Notes under the pieces: generated by a model
The model's database searches: none
The model's input: the letters and a program-made list of their open reading frames with translations, nothing else
What the model was told of the DNA's origin: nothing
Shown here: one piece after another, positions 1 to 8,358 of the stretch
Layout of the letters: each line of letters starts with the position of its first letter
How positions within the stretch are numbered: position 1 is the first letter of the stretch
Position numbers and translations under genes: made by a program
Virus record (IMG/VR): IMGVR_UViG_3300048861_000016
Coordinates: 1-28,315 of that record
Source: a virus
Taxonomy: Duplodnaviria > Caudoviricetes
Length of the DNA stretch: 28,315 nucleotides
Reading direction: 5' to 3' (one strand)

Positions 1-2
1 GC

Positions 3-206
3 GAACTCAGCGGCATGGACATCGCCTACGTGACGCCGCGCGAGTGGCAGAGCCTGTTCGGCATCCGCAAGACCGAGCGCGAGGACACGAAGGATCAGAG
101 CCTGCGCATTGCGCGCGAGCTGTATCCACACCTGAAACTGACCAAGACCAGCGGCCGCGCCGACGCTCTGCTGATCGGGCGCTATGGGCAGAGGCACTTC
201 GTATGA
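3..206 (+). CDS. RuvC-like Holliday junction resolvase, C-terminal part (5' truncated by window)
   Basis: Frame is open from the window edge. 'YVTPREWQ...K..SLRIARELYP...GRADALLIG' resembles the C-terminus of phage RuvC-like resolvases. Nin-like position before the late genes. Confidence 0.65.
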   Translation, partial: ELSGMDIAYVTPREWQSLFGIRKTEREDTKDQSLRIARELYPHLKLTKTSGRADALLIGRYGQRHFV

Positions 207-400
207 ATGACTTCGGAGTGGACTTCGAAGTGAACATGCGCAAGCTCGAACGATCGACGACATTGAGCACTGCCGCAACAGTGCTGGGGCTTGTCGGCAT
301 CGCTCTGCCGTTCGTATGCCTGCCCCTCGGAATTGTTTGCGACGTGATCGCACTTTTGCTGCTTGTCGCATCGCATGTCGTTTCGCGAGGCGTGAAATGA
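203..400 (+). CDS. small membrane protein, hypothetical
   Basis: ATG at 203 overlaps the upstream stop (ATGA) and its stop overlaps the next ATG. Long hydrophobic stretch TVLGLVGIALPFVCLPLGIVCDVIALLLLVAS suggests about 2 TM helices. Confidence 0.6.
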   Translation: MNDFGVDFEVNMRKLERSTTLSTAATVLGLVGIALPFVCLPLGIVCDVIALLLLVASHVVSRGVK

Positions 401-681
401 ACATCCTCCAACTCGCCGGCTCCCTGCCGCGCGACCCGCAGTTTCGCGAGTTCGTGCGGGAATCGCTCGCAGCCTTGGTGCGCGAGAAGAACCTCGATAT
501 CGACGTGCAGGACGTCAGCGCAGACGATGCAGCGGCGTTCATCCGGATCATCTGCGAGATCGAGTCGCGCCGTGAGCTGGCGACCAACGCCAGCGCGCAA
601 CAAAGTTTCCATCGATTCATCCGCCGGCCATTTCTGGCGTGGCGAGCAAAGCAGCACCAACCACTTAGGAGAGCAGCGTGA
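397..681 (+). CDS. hypothetical phage protein
   Basis: ATGA overlap at 397-400 and GTGA overlap at 678-681. Protein MNILQLAGSLPRDPQFREFV...CEIESRRELATN...LRRAA. Confidence 0.7.
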   Translation: MNILQLAGSLPRDPQFREFVRESLAALVREKNLDIDVQDVSADDAAAFIRIICEIESRRELATNASAQQSFHRFIRRPFLAWRAKQHQPLRRAA

Positions 682-953
682 GCAATCAAATGGATTTCGG
701 CGATGCACTGAGCGCGCTACGTGGCGGCCTGCGCATGGCGCGCGCCGGGTGGAACGGCAAGGGAATGTTCGTCTACCTCGTGCCGCCCGCTTCATATCCG
801 GTCCAGACCGGCGCAGCGAAAGCCTATTTCGGCGAAGGCTCGATGGTCCCATACAACGCCTACTTCGCGATCAAGAACGTCGACGACACCGTGAGCACCT
901 GGGTGCCGAGCGTGAATGATTGCCTCGCCAGCGACTGGCAAATGGTCGACTGA
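678..953 (+). CDS. tad2: DUF2829 / Thoeris anti-defence Tad2-family sponge protein
   Basis: Signature FGDAL..L..G....R.GWNGKGMF and IK..D....WVPS..D.LA.DW, as in SPO1 Tad2. Length 91 aa; RBS AGGAGAG upstream. Confidence 0.85.
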   Translation: MSNQMDFGDALSALRGGLRMARAGWNGKGMFVYLVPPASYPVQTGAAKAYFGEGSMVPYNAYFAIKNVDDTVSTWVPSVNDCLASDWQMVD

Positions 954-1029
954 GCCCCACGCCACGCCGACGCGCACTCGGCCGCTGGACCCTGCGATAC
1001 GGGCACCACACACCAACCGGAGAGTCACG

Positions 1030-1557
1030 ATGGACGAGCAACTGAATCAGGACCAGCAGGACCAGCAGCAGGAGGCAGCAGCAACGTCGGGGGAAGGCCA
1101 TCAATGGACACCTGGAGAAATCGCGGCGATTCAGGCGCAAGGTGTGAAGCCGTTGGAGATGAACATGATCCAGTCAACCGCTGCGTTGGATGCGGGCACA
1201 ACCTCCGCAAGCGGCACGCAATCGTCTGCGGCGAATGCCTCGCAAGGCGACGACACCGCGGTGAATGCCGAGTCGCACAGCGGGACCGGCGAAGGTGAGC
1301 AGGGAAAGTCGATTGGAGATGTATCGCTCCAGGATCCCGCATCAGATGCCCACACGAAATCTGGTGGTTCACCGGGGGATGATTCGGGAAACGCTTCGGC
1401 GCCTGGCGCCTCCGATGGGTCTGGTGCTGAGTCGCCGAACGGACGACACCCGGCGCACCGCTGGATCGATCTGGCCGAGCTGAAGCTGGCAGCGATCGAG
1501 CACGCAGCAGTCGCCGAGCTGCTCGACATCATGCGCAATCTGCGGCAGGAAATGTAA
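1030..1557 (+). CDS. hypothetical low-complexity acidic protein
   Basis: GGAGAG RBS before ATG at 1030. Q/S/G/D/A-rich, probably disordered body with a helical C-terminus. Confidence 0.65.
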   Translation: MDEQLNQDQQDQQQEAAATSGEGHQWTPGEIAAIQAQGVKPLEMNMIQSTAALDAGTTSASGTQSSAANASQGDDTAVNAESHSGTGEGEQGKSIGDVSLQDPASDAHTKSGGSPGDDSGNASAPGASDGSGAESPNGRHPAHRWIDLAELKLAAIEHAAVAELLDIMRNLRQEM

Positions 1558-1563
1558 GGCCCA

Positions 1564-1827
1564 ATGCTCGCCGTCACGCTCGACCAACGCATCGACTGGT
1601 TCCGCGTCCTCTCTGACCTGACGCGTGACGGCGGCTCTCTGTACAAACTCGCGGAAACGACCACCATCCCGCGCAGCTCCCTCAATGCATACAAGAACGG
1701 CGTCGAGCCCACGCACGCCGTTGGTATGTGCATCCTCGCTCACTGGTCGATCAAGACAGGCAAGCCCGGCCACGACGCTCCCATGACGCGCCGCGTGCAT
1801 TCGCATGTCGTGCGCAACGCCATTTAG
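1564..1827 (+). CDS. putative HTH DNA-binding protein
   Basis: 'SLYKLAETTTIPRSSLNAYKNGVEP' has XRE/Cro-like helix-turn-helix spacing. Lies directly upstream of terS. Confidence 0.6.
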   Translation: MLAVTLDQRIDWFRVLSDLTRDGGSLYKLAETTTIPRSSLNAYKNGVEPTHAVGMCILAHWSIKTGKPGHDAPMTRRVHSHVVRNAI

Positions 1828-1891
1828 CCAATATCTCGACCATTTCCCTATCGAATAATCCATCCCCATAGGATTCATCAACGGGGCTGAG

Positions 1892-2299
1892 ATGGCGGCG
1901 AAGCTGACGTACCGCGAAGAGTTTGCAGAGCAGGCGCGCAAGCTGTGCCTGTTGCTCGGCGCGACCGACGTGCACCTCGCCAACTTCTTCGAGACGACTG
2001 ATCGCACCATTCGCGCGTGGAAGAAGAAGTATCCGGAATTCGCCGCAGCGGTCGAGAAGGGCAAGACGATCGCCGATCTCGAAGTCGTCAACTCGCTCTA
2101 TAACCGCGCTGTCGGCGGCTCCGAAGTTGCCTGTTTCTTCTGGCTGAAGAACCGCCGCCCGGTAGAGTGGCGCGATCGTCTGAACCACGAGCACACCGGC
2201 AAGGACGGCGCGCCGATCGAGCACAAGTCGACGGTCGATCTGTCGAACGCCAGCGAAGAGCAGTTGCGCGCGCTCGCCTCTCTGCGGATCGAGAAATGA
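1892..2299 (+). CDS. terS: terminase small subunit
   Basis: N-terminal HTH (GATDVHLANFFE..RTIRAWKKKYPEF), 'FWLKNR...WRD' and 'HTGKDGAPIE' motifs. ATGA overlap with terL. Confidence 0.85.
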   Translation: MAAKLTYREEFAEQARKLCLLLGATDVHLANFFETTDRTIRAWKKKYPEFAAAVEKGKTIADLEVVNSLYNRAVGGSEVACFFWLKNRRPVEWRDRLNHEHTGKDGAPIEHKSTVDLSNASEEQLRALASLRIEK

Positions 2300-3885
2300 G
2301 CGCGATCCAGTTCACCGCCGAAGACGTAATGGCCGCGCGCCGCGAACTCGCGCGCCGCTCGCTGCCTGACTTCGCGTGCATGGTGGACATTCCGACCGTG
2401 CCGCTCACCGATGAGGCCGACGAAGACCGCTTCTCGATGATGCGGATCGGCACGCTTGCCGCGCATCACGCGCTGGTCTGCCGCAAGCTCCAGCAGATCG
2501 AATCGGGTGAGATCCCGAATCTGATGGTGCTGATGCCGCCGGGCAGCGCGAAGAGCACCTACGTCGACGTCGTGTTCGTGCCGTGGTTCATGGCGCGTCG
2601 CGCGCGCCGCGGCGTGATCCTCGCCAGCTATGCGACCGAGATTGCGGAGAAGCAGGGCCGCCGCGCGCGGCAACTGATCAAGTCGTCGTCGTTCCAGAAC
2701 CTGATGAACCAGCAGCTCTCTGGCGACAGCGCGGCGGCGCACCAGTGGGCGCTGTCGAACGGCTCCGAATACATGGCCGGCGGTCTGCTGTCTGGCCTCA
2801 CCGGCAACCGAGCACACCTCGGCATCATCGACGATCCGATCAAGGGCCGCGAGCAGGCCGAGTCCGACACGATCCGCAACAAGACGTGGGATGCGTACAT
2901 CGACGACTTCTGCTCCCGCCTGATTCCCGGCGCCCCGCAGATCATGATGCTCACGCGCTGGCATCAGGACGACCCTGCCGGCCGCATCCTGCCGGAAAAC
3001 TGGGACGGCGAATCAGGCGTATTCGAAGGGCGCGACGGCCGCACGTGGCACGTCGTCTGCCTGCCCGCCATTGCCGACCGAACCGACGATCCGCTCGGGC
3101 GCAAGCTCGGCGAAACGCTGTGGCCTGAGTGGTTCAGCCTCGATCACTGGAAGCCATTCCAGAAGAATCGGCGCACCTGGTACAGCCTCTACCAACAGAA
3201 ACCAACGCCGGATGAAGGCACCTTCTTTCGGAAGGCGTGGTTCAAGCGTTACCGCCGCGGCCAGGAGCCGACACGACTCAACCGATACCTGACGAGCGAC
3301 CATGCGCCGGCGGCCGGTGACACCAACGATTACGCGTGCGTGCGCGTGTGGGGCGTCGATTCATCCGGCGATGTCTGGATGCTAGACGGGTTTCGCGAAC
3401 AGATGACGATGGACAAGCTCGCCGAGCGCGTCGTCGGCAACAAGGAAGAGGGCAAGATCGGACTCATCCAGAAGCACCGGCCCTTCGCGTGGTTCCCCGA
3501 AGACGATAACAACTGGAAGGCGAGCGCGGGCTTCATCACGAAGACCATGCGCGCCGAGAAACAGTTCGTGCGCATCGAACCGATCACCCCCCACGGCAAC
3601 GACAAGATGATCAAAGCGCAGGCCTTTCAGGGCATGGCGTCGCAGGGCTCCGTCTGGATTCCGGAAGGCCCCGAAGGCGACGACGTGATCGACCAGTACA
3701 CGAAGTTCCCCACCGGCAAGCACGACGACGAGGTCGACGCCGCCAGTCTGATCGGCCGCGCGCTCGCCGATGCGCATCCCGCCGTGCTGCCGATGAAGGA
3801 AACGAAGCCGGTCGAGCGCGACCGCTGGGACCGCGCATTCAACGGTAACGATGAGTCGGTCGAAGGCTCGTGGAGGGTCGCATGA
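2296..3885 (+). CDS. terL: terminase large subunit
   Basis: Walker A MPPGSAKST, Walker B LGIIDDP, coupling motif LTRW, nuclease acidic motifs TSDHA and HDDEVDA. Start placed at 2296 from the ATGA overlap. Confidence 0.95.
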   Translation: MSAIQFTAEDVMAARRELARRSLPDFACMVDIPTVPLTDEADEDRFSMMRIGTLAAHHALVCRKLQQIESGEIPNLMVLMPPGSAKSTYVDVVFVPWFMARRARRGVILASYATEIAEKQGRRARQLIKSSSFQNLMNQQLSGDSAAAHQWALSNGSEYMAGGLLSGLTGNRAHLGIIDDPIKGREQAESDTIRNKTWDAYIDDFCSRLIPGAPQIMMLTRWHQDDPAGRILPENWDGESGVFEGRDGRTWHVVCLPAIADRTDDPLGRKLGETLWPEWFSLDHWKPFQKNRRTWYSLYQQKPTPDEGTFFRKAWFKRYRRGQEPTRLNRYLTSDHAPAAGDTNDYACVRVWGVDSSGDVWMLDGFREQMTMDKLAERVVGNKEEGKIGLIQKHRPFAWFPEDDNNWKASAGFITKTMRAEKQFVRIEPITPHGNDKMIKAQAFQGMASQGSVWIPEGPEGDDVIDQYTKFPTGKHDDEVDAASLIGRALADAHPAVLPMKETKPVERDRWDRAFNGNDESVEGSWRVA

Positions 3886-5888
3886 GCACCGTGCCGACAC
3901 AGGAAGTCGAGGTCGACGTCGATGTGACAGCCGTTCGCCTGCCCGGCGTGACGACGCTGTGCCGCTGGTTCGAAGAGTCGGAGGACATGACCTACGACGC
4001 GCGCAAGCTCGCCGAGCGCGACCGCGATTACTACGACGGCCAGCAATGGACGACGGCGGAACTGAACATCCTCGCGCGCCGCGGACAGCCCGCGCTGACG
4101 ATCAACTACATCAAGCGCAAGGTCGAGTATCTCCGCGGCTTCGAGCGCCGCCTGCGCAGCGATCCGAAGGCCTTCCCGCGCGATCCGCAGGACGAACAGT
4201 TGAGCGAAGCCGCGACCGACGCGTTGCGTTTCGTGGCCGACCAGAACGACTTTGATGTGATCCGCTCGGACGTGTTCGAAGACATGATGATCGAGGGCTA
4301 CGGCGGCGGCGACGTGACGGTTATCCCGTCGCGCGACGGCCACGACGTGAGCATTGTGCGCGTGCCGTGGGACCGCCTGTTCTACGACCCGTACAGCCGC
4401 CAGAAAGACTTCAGTGATGCGCGCTACAAGGGCATCGTGATCTGGACGGACCGCGACGAGGTGCTCGAGAACTATCCGGACCGCGCCGACGAGATCGAAT
4501 CGACGCTCAACTCGTCGTCGATGGCTGACACCTACGACGACCGGCCGAAGTTCACGCGCTGGGCCGATAACCGCCGCACCCGCGTGCGCGTCGTGCAGAT
4601 GCATTTCAACGTCGCCGGCCAGTGGTTTATCACGACGTTCACGAAGGGCGGTTTTCTCGACGATCCGGTGCAATCGCCGTACGTCGATCGCGAGGGCAAC
4701 CCGACGTCGTCTCTGATCATGCGCTCGGCCTATGTCGACCGCGAGAACCAGCGCTACGGCCACGTGCGCGATCTCATTTCGCTTCAGGACGAGATCAACA
4801 AGCGGCGCTCGAAAGCGCTGCACCTGATGAGCGTGCGCCAGACGTTCGGCAACCGGCAGGCAATCGCCGACGTCGACAAGGCCAAGCGCGAACTCGCGAA
4901 GCCGGACGGTCACGTTGAGGTCGAGGCCGGCGGCAAGCTCAATCAGGATTTCGGCGTACTGCCCACTGGCGACATGGCGCAATCGCAGATGGCATTGCTC
5001 CAGCACGCGACGGCCGAAATGCAGGCGAGCGGCCCCAATGCGGCGATGGCCGGCAAGGACCCGCGCATTCAGTCCGGCCGCGCCATTCAGGCGCAGCAGG
5101 CCGGCGGCGCAATCGAGGTCGAGCCGATCGTCGATGACCTGCGGCAGTGGACGAAAGACGTGATGGAAGCCTCCTGGCTGCGCATCCGTCAGTTCTGGGA
5201 TGGCCCGAAGTGGATTCGCGTCACGGATGACGAGCGCAACGCGAAATGGGTCGGTTTGAATCAGCCGGTGACGCTTGAGCAGGCGCTTTCCCGACTCGAT
5301 CCGCAGGAAGCCGCGCAGATGGCCCAGAAGCTCCAACTGCAGCCTAACGATCCGCGCCTTCAGCAGGTCGTCGGCGTGGACAACGACATCGGCGGCCTCG
5401 ACGTGGACATCACGATCGAAGAAGGTCCGGACGTCGCGAACATTCAGGCCGAGCAGTTCCAGCAAATCGCGCAGCTTGCGCAAAGCGGCGTGCCGTTCCC
5501 GCCGGCCGTGCTGATCGAAGCGTCGAGCCTGCGCAACAAGGACAAGCTGATCGAGATGCTGGAGCAGTCGCAGCAGGGGCAGGCGCAAGCCCAGCAAGCC
5601 GCCGCGCAGACCGAGCAGGCGCAGGCACAGGCCGACATACAGAAGACGCAGGCGGACGCTGCGAAGTCGCAGGCGCAGGCTGTCAAGACGATGGCCGAGG
5701 CCCAGCAGCCGCAGCAGCAGAGCGCGCCGGCCGCGCCGCAGGGTCCGACGACGCTCGACCAGCTCAAGCAGGCCGCCGAGATCCACAAGCTCAACGCGCA
5801 GGCCGGACAGGCGCAGTCCGTTGCGATCAAGAACATCGCGGACGCGCAGCGGCCCGCGCAGGTGTCCGACTACCAGGGCGCCGCATAG
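3882..5888 (+). CDS. portal protein (P22-like)
   Basis: Follows terL with ATGA overlap. 'DRDYYDGQQW...RGQPALTINYI', 'YGHVRDLISLQDEINKRRSK', 'SGRAIQAQQ' motifs and a Q/A-rich C-terminal coiled-coil barrel. Confidence 0.9.
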   Translation: MSTVPTQEVEVDVDVTAVRLPGVTTLCRWFEESEDMTYDARKLAERDRDYYDGQQWTTAELNILARRGQPALTINYIKRKVEYLRGFERRLRSDPKAFPRDPQDEQLSEAATDALRFVADQNDFDVIRSDVFEDMMIEGYGGGDVTVIPSRDGHDVSIVRVPWDRLFYDPYSRQKDFSDARYKGIVIWTDRDEVLENYPDRADEIESTLNSSSMADTYDDRPKFTRWADNRRTRVRVVQMHFNVAGQWFITTFTKGGFLDDPVQSPYVDREGNPTSSLIMRSAYVDRENQRYGHVRDLISLQDEINKRRSKALHLMSVRQTFGNRQAIADVDKAKRELAKPDGHVEVEAGGKLNQDFGVLPTGDMAQSQMALLQHATAEMQASGPNAAMAGKDPRIQSGRAIQAQQAGGAIEVEPIVDDLRQWTKDVMEASWLRIRQFWDGPKWIRVTDDERNAKWVGLNQPVTLEQALSRLDPQEAAQMAQKLQLQPNDPRLQQVVGVDNDIGGLDVDITIEEGPDVANIQAEQFQQIAQLAQSGVPFPPAVLIEASSLRNKDKLIEMLEQSQQGQAQAQQAAAQTEQAQAQADIQKTQADAAKSQAQAVKTMAEAQQPQQQSAPAAPQGPTTLDQLKQAAEIHKLNAQAGQAQSVAIKNIADAQRPAQVSDYQGAA

Positions 5889-5902
5889 GTTTTGCATCAG
5901 CC

Positions 5903-5950
5903 GCCGCCGGGCAACGGGCGTAAAGACTGCCGCCGGGTCGAATCGGGCGT
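5903..5950 (+). promoter_or_regulatory. tandem hairpin RNA motif upstream of scaffold gene
   Basis: GCCGCCGGG-N3-CGGGCGT at 5903-5921 and GCCGCCGGG-N6-CGGGCGT at 5929-5950. Both fold the same way and end 3 nt before the GGAGAG RBS. Confidence 0.6.
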
Positions 5951-5965
5951 GTTGGAGAGCGAGTA

Positions 5966-6757
5966 ATGGGAACGGCATTGGACGTGATTCTGAGTGGTGG
6001 AGCGAACACGCAGGAAGCCGCCGAGACGCAGACGCAGCAGGTCGAGCAGACGCAAACGGCAGAGGCATCCAGCGGCGAAGCGAGCCATGCGGGCGAACAG
6101 CAGACGCTAACGGGCGCGGCTGAAGGTGCTGCAACGGATGCGACCGCAACAGGTGCGACGCCGGCACCCGAATCCGGAACGACTGTCCCCCTGAAAGCGC
6201 TGGAAGAGGAACGGAAGAACCGGCAGGACTGGAAGGAAAAGGCGATCCGCTTCGAGGAAGAGCTAAAGCATCTGCGTGCGCAGCCGCAGCAAACGCAGGG
6301 GCAACAGCAGCAGCCGGTCGAGATGGACTTCGATATGCGCCTGCTCAATGAGCGACTCAACACGTCCGAAATGCTTCTGCGCGAGAAGCACGAAGACGTC
6401 GACGACAAGCTCAAGGTCTTTCAGGAAGCCGCATCCAAAAACCCGGCGCTGGGTGCCGAACTGCTTCAGCAACGTCATCCGTATGAGTGGATGTACAAGC
6501 AGGCGCAGCGCATTCAGGCAATGAATGAGATTGGCGAAGACCCGGCCGCATACCGCGAGCGAGTCCGCGCCGAGATCGAAGCCGAGTTGAAGGGCGCTCA
6601 GGCCGCCACATCCGAACAGCAACCCGCCGCAGCAGCCGCGCAAGTGGCCGCGAAGCCCGCGATTCCCGCATCCCTGGCGACTGCACGATCCGCCGCACCG
6701 CGCACCGCTCCGGTGTGGACCGGGCCGACAGCGCTGAACGACATTCTCAAACGATGA
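5966..6757 (+). CDS. putative capsid scaffolding protein
   Basis: Lies between portal and capsid. Acidic disordered N-terminus, 'VPLKALEEERKNRQ' coiled coil, P/A-rich C-terminus. Confidence 0.75.
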   Translation: MGTALDVILSGGANTQEAAETQTQQVEQTQTAEASSGEASHAGEQQTLTGAAEGAATDATATGATPAPESGTTVPLKALEEERKNRQDWKEKAIRFEEELKHLRAQPQQTQGQQQQPVEMDFDMRLLNERLNTSEMLLREKHEDVDDKLKVFQEAASKNPALGAELLQQRHPYEWMYKQAQRIQAMNEIGEDPAAYRERVRAEIEAELKGAQAATSEQQPAAAAAQVAAKPAIPASLATARSAAPRTAPVWTGPTALNDILKR

Positions 6758-6766
6758 GGCTGAAAA

Positions 6767-7861
6767 ATGGCTGAGACTCTCGCCCGCGCAGGGCTTACTC
6801 CCCAGCAATGGGACGACCAGTTCTTCATGGAATATGTCCGTGACTCGCGCTTCCGGCGCTACATGGGCACCGACGAGAACGCGGTGATTCAACTGAAAGA
6901 CGACCTGACCCGCAAGCCGGGCGACCGCGTCACCTTCGCGAACGTGCGCAAGCTGCGCGGCGACGGCGTGACCGGCAATCAGGTGCTGGAAGGCAACGAA
7001 GAAGAACTCGACTCGCGCTCGATGGCGGTGCAGGTCAATCCGCTGCGTAATGCGGTCGTGGTCACCGACTGGGACGACCAGAAGTCCGCGATCGACCTGC
7101 GCAACGCTGGCCGCATGGCGCTGAAGCTGTGGGCGATGGAAAAGATGCGCGACGGCACGATCGACGCGCTCTATTCGATCAACGGCGTGTCGTATGGCAG
7201 CGCGAGCGAAGCGGCGAAGGACGCATGGCTCGCCGACAACGCAGACCGCGTGCTCTTTGGCGCTGCGATCGGCAACAACAGCGGCAACGACCATTCGGCT
7301 TCGCTGGCGAACATCGACAACACGGCCGACAAGCTGACCTGCGACATGGTCAGCCTCGCGAAGCGTCGCGCGCAGCTCGCATCGCCCGCGATCAAGCCGA
7401 TCCGCCTCGCCGAGGATGAAGAGTGGTTCGTGATGTTCGCGAACTCGCTCGCCTTCCGCGATCTGAGCACCGATCCGGCGATGGTCAACGCGAACCGCAC
7501 GGCACGCCCGCGAGAGTCCGGCGCCCTGTCGAACAACCCGCTGTTCACCGGAGGCTCGTTGCAGTGGGACGGCGTGATCATCCGCGAAATCCCGGAAATT
7601 CCGTTCCTGCCGGGCGTCGGCGCGGGCGGTATCCAGGTCGGCGCGAACTTCCTCTGCGGCGCGCAGGCGGTCGGCGTGGCATGGGCGCAGCGCACCAAGT
7701 CGACGACCAACGTCCGCGACTACGGCTTCCGCTCGGGCGTCGGCGTGCAGGAAATCCGCGGCATCGAAAAGCTGCTGTTCGGTCGCGGTCCGGACGACAC
7801 CGACAACCTCGTGCAACACGGCGTCGTGACGGTGTACGCCGCCGCTGTCGCCGACGCTTAA
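6767..7861 (+). CDS. major capsid protein (N4-gp56/DUF4043-like)
   Basis: 364 aa. 'DLTRKPGDRVTF...L.GDGVTG...LEGNEE.L', 'NPLFTG...WDGVIIRE', 'LCGAQA...AW', 'DYG...GV' motifs; synteny. Confidence 0.85.
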   Translation: MAETLARAGLTPQQWDDQFFMEYVRDSRFRRYMGTDENAVIQLKDDLTRKPGDRVTFANVRKLRGDGVTGNQVLEGNEEELDSRSMAVQVNPLRNAVVVTDWDDQKSAIDLRNAGRMALKLWAMEKMRDGTIDALYSINGVSYGSASEAAKDAWLADNADRVLFGAAIGNNSGNDHSASLANIDNTADKLTCDMVSLAKRRAQLASPAIKPIRLAEDEEWFVMFANSLAFRDLSTDPAMVNANRTARPRESGALSNNPLFTGGSLQWDGVIIREIPEIPFLPGVGAGGIQVGANFLCGAQAVGVAWAQRTKSTTNVRDYGFRSGVGVQEIRGIEKLLFGRGPDDTDNLVQHGVVTVYAAAVADA

Positions 7862-7873
7862 GGAGAAAACGAC

Positions 7874-8311
7874 ATGGCAACGCATGTGATGACGAACCCG
7901 CAGGGCCGCGCGGCGGCTGCGGCCGGTGTCGGCGACGCGAAGAGCCTGAAGTGCGCCACCGTGAGCTATTCGCTCGCCGCGGCACTGGCTCTGAACGACG
8001 TGCTGCAAGGCCCGATGTTGCAGGCTGGCTCGACGGTCGTCGACGTCATGCTGGTGACGACGGACCTCGACACCAACGGCACGCCGACGATCACGCTCGA
8101 CGTCGGTTACGGCGGTGATGCGGACTATTTCATTGCCGCTTCGACGATCGGTCAGGCCGGTGGTATCGCACGTGCCAGCGCAGTAACGGCACAGCCGCTC
8201 ACGCTGGAATCGAACGACACCATCGACGTGACGGTCCACGCTGCCCCGGCAACGGGCGCGACGACGGGCACGGTGACGCTGACGGTGTTCTTCCTGCCGG
8301 CGTTCGGCTGA
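7874..8311 (+). CDS. putative capsid decoration/cement protein
   Basis: Strong AAGGAG RBS right after the capsid stop. Small beta-rich A/T/G/V protein followed by a terminator. Confidence 0.6.
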   Translation: MATHVMTNPQGRAAAAAGVGDAKSLKCATVSYSLAAALALNDVLQGPMLQAGSTVVDVMLVTTDLDTNGTPTITLDVGYGGDADYFIAASTIGQAGGIARASAVTAQPLTLESNDTIDVTVHAAPATGATTGTVTLTVFFLPAFG

Positions 8312-8318
8312 TCCGACG

Positions 8319-8346
8319 CGGGGCGGTCAGCACGACGCCCCGTTTT
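8319..8346 (+). terminator. intrinsic terminator after capsid/decoration genes
   Basis: CGGGGCG (8319-8325) pairs with CGCCCCG (8336-8342), followed by TTTT. Confidence 0.6.
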
Positions 8347-8358
8347 CAGGAGATTGAC

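Noticed and set aside
2167-2295. Upstream start for terL given in the ORF track
   Set aside because: Lies inside terS; the ATGA overlap at 2296 fits the operon's coupling pattern better.
2535-2550. Third GCCGCCGGG copy resembling the scaffold-leader motif
   Set aside because: Encodes the terL Walker A loop and lacks the downstream CGGGCGT half.
5560-5880. CAG/GCGCAG-rich repeats at the portal 3' end as a repeat array
   Set aside because: Explained by the Gln/Ala-rich coiled-coil coding sequence; no regular repeat-spacer period.
3627-6167. 846-aa minus-strand ORF antisense to the portal gene
   Set aside because: Shadow frame of a GC-rich gene; composition mirrors the sense codons; no RBS or recognisable domain.
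6263-8239. 658-aa minus-strand ORF antisense to scaffold and capsid
   Set aside because: Same antisense shadow effect; R/V/H-rich sequence without motifs.
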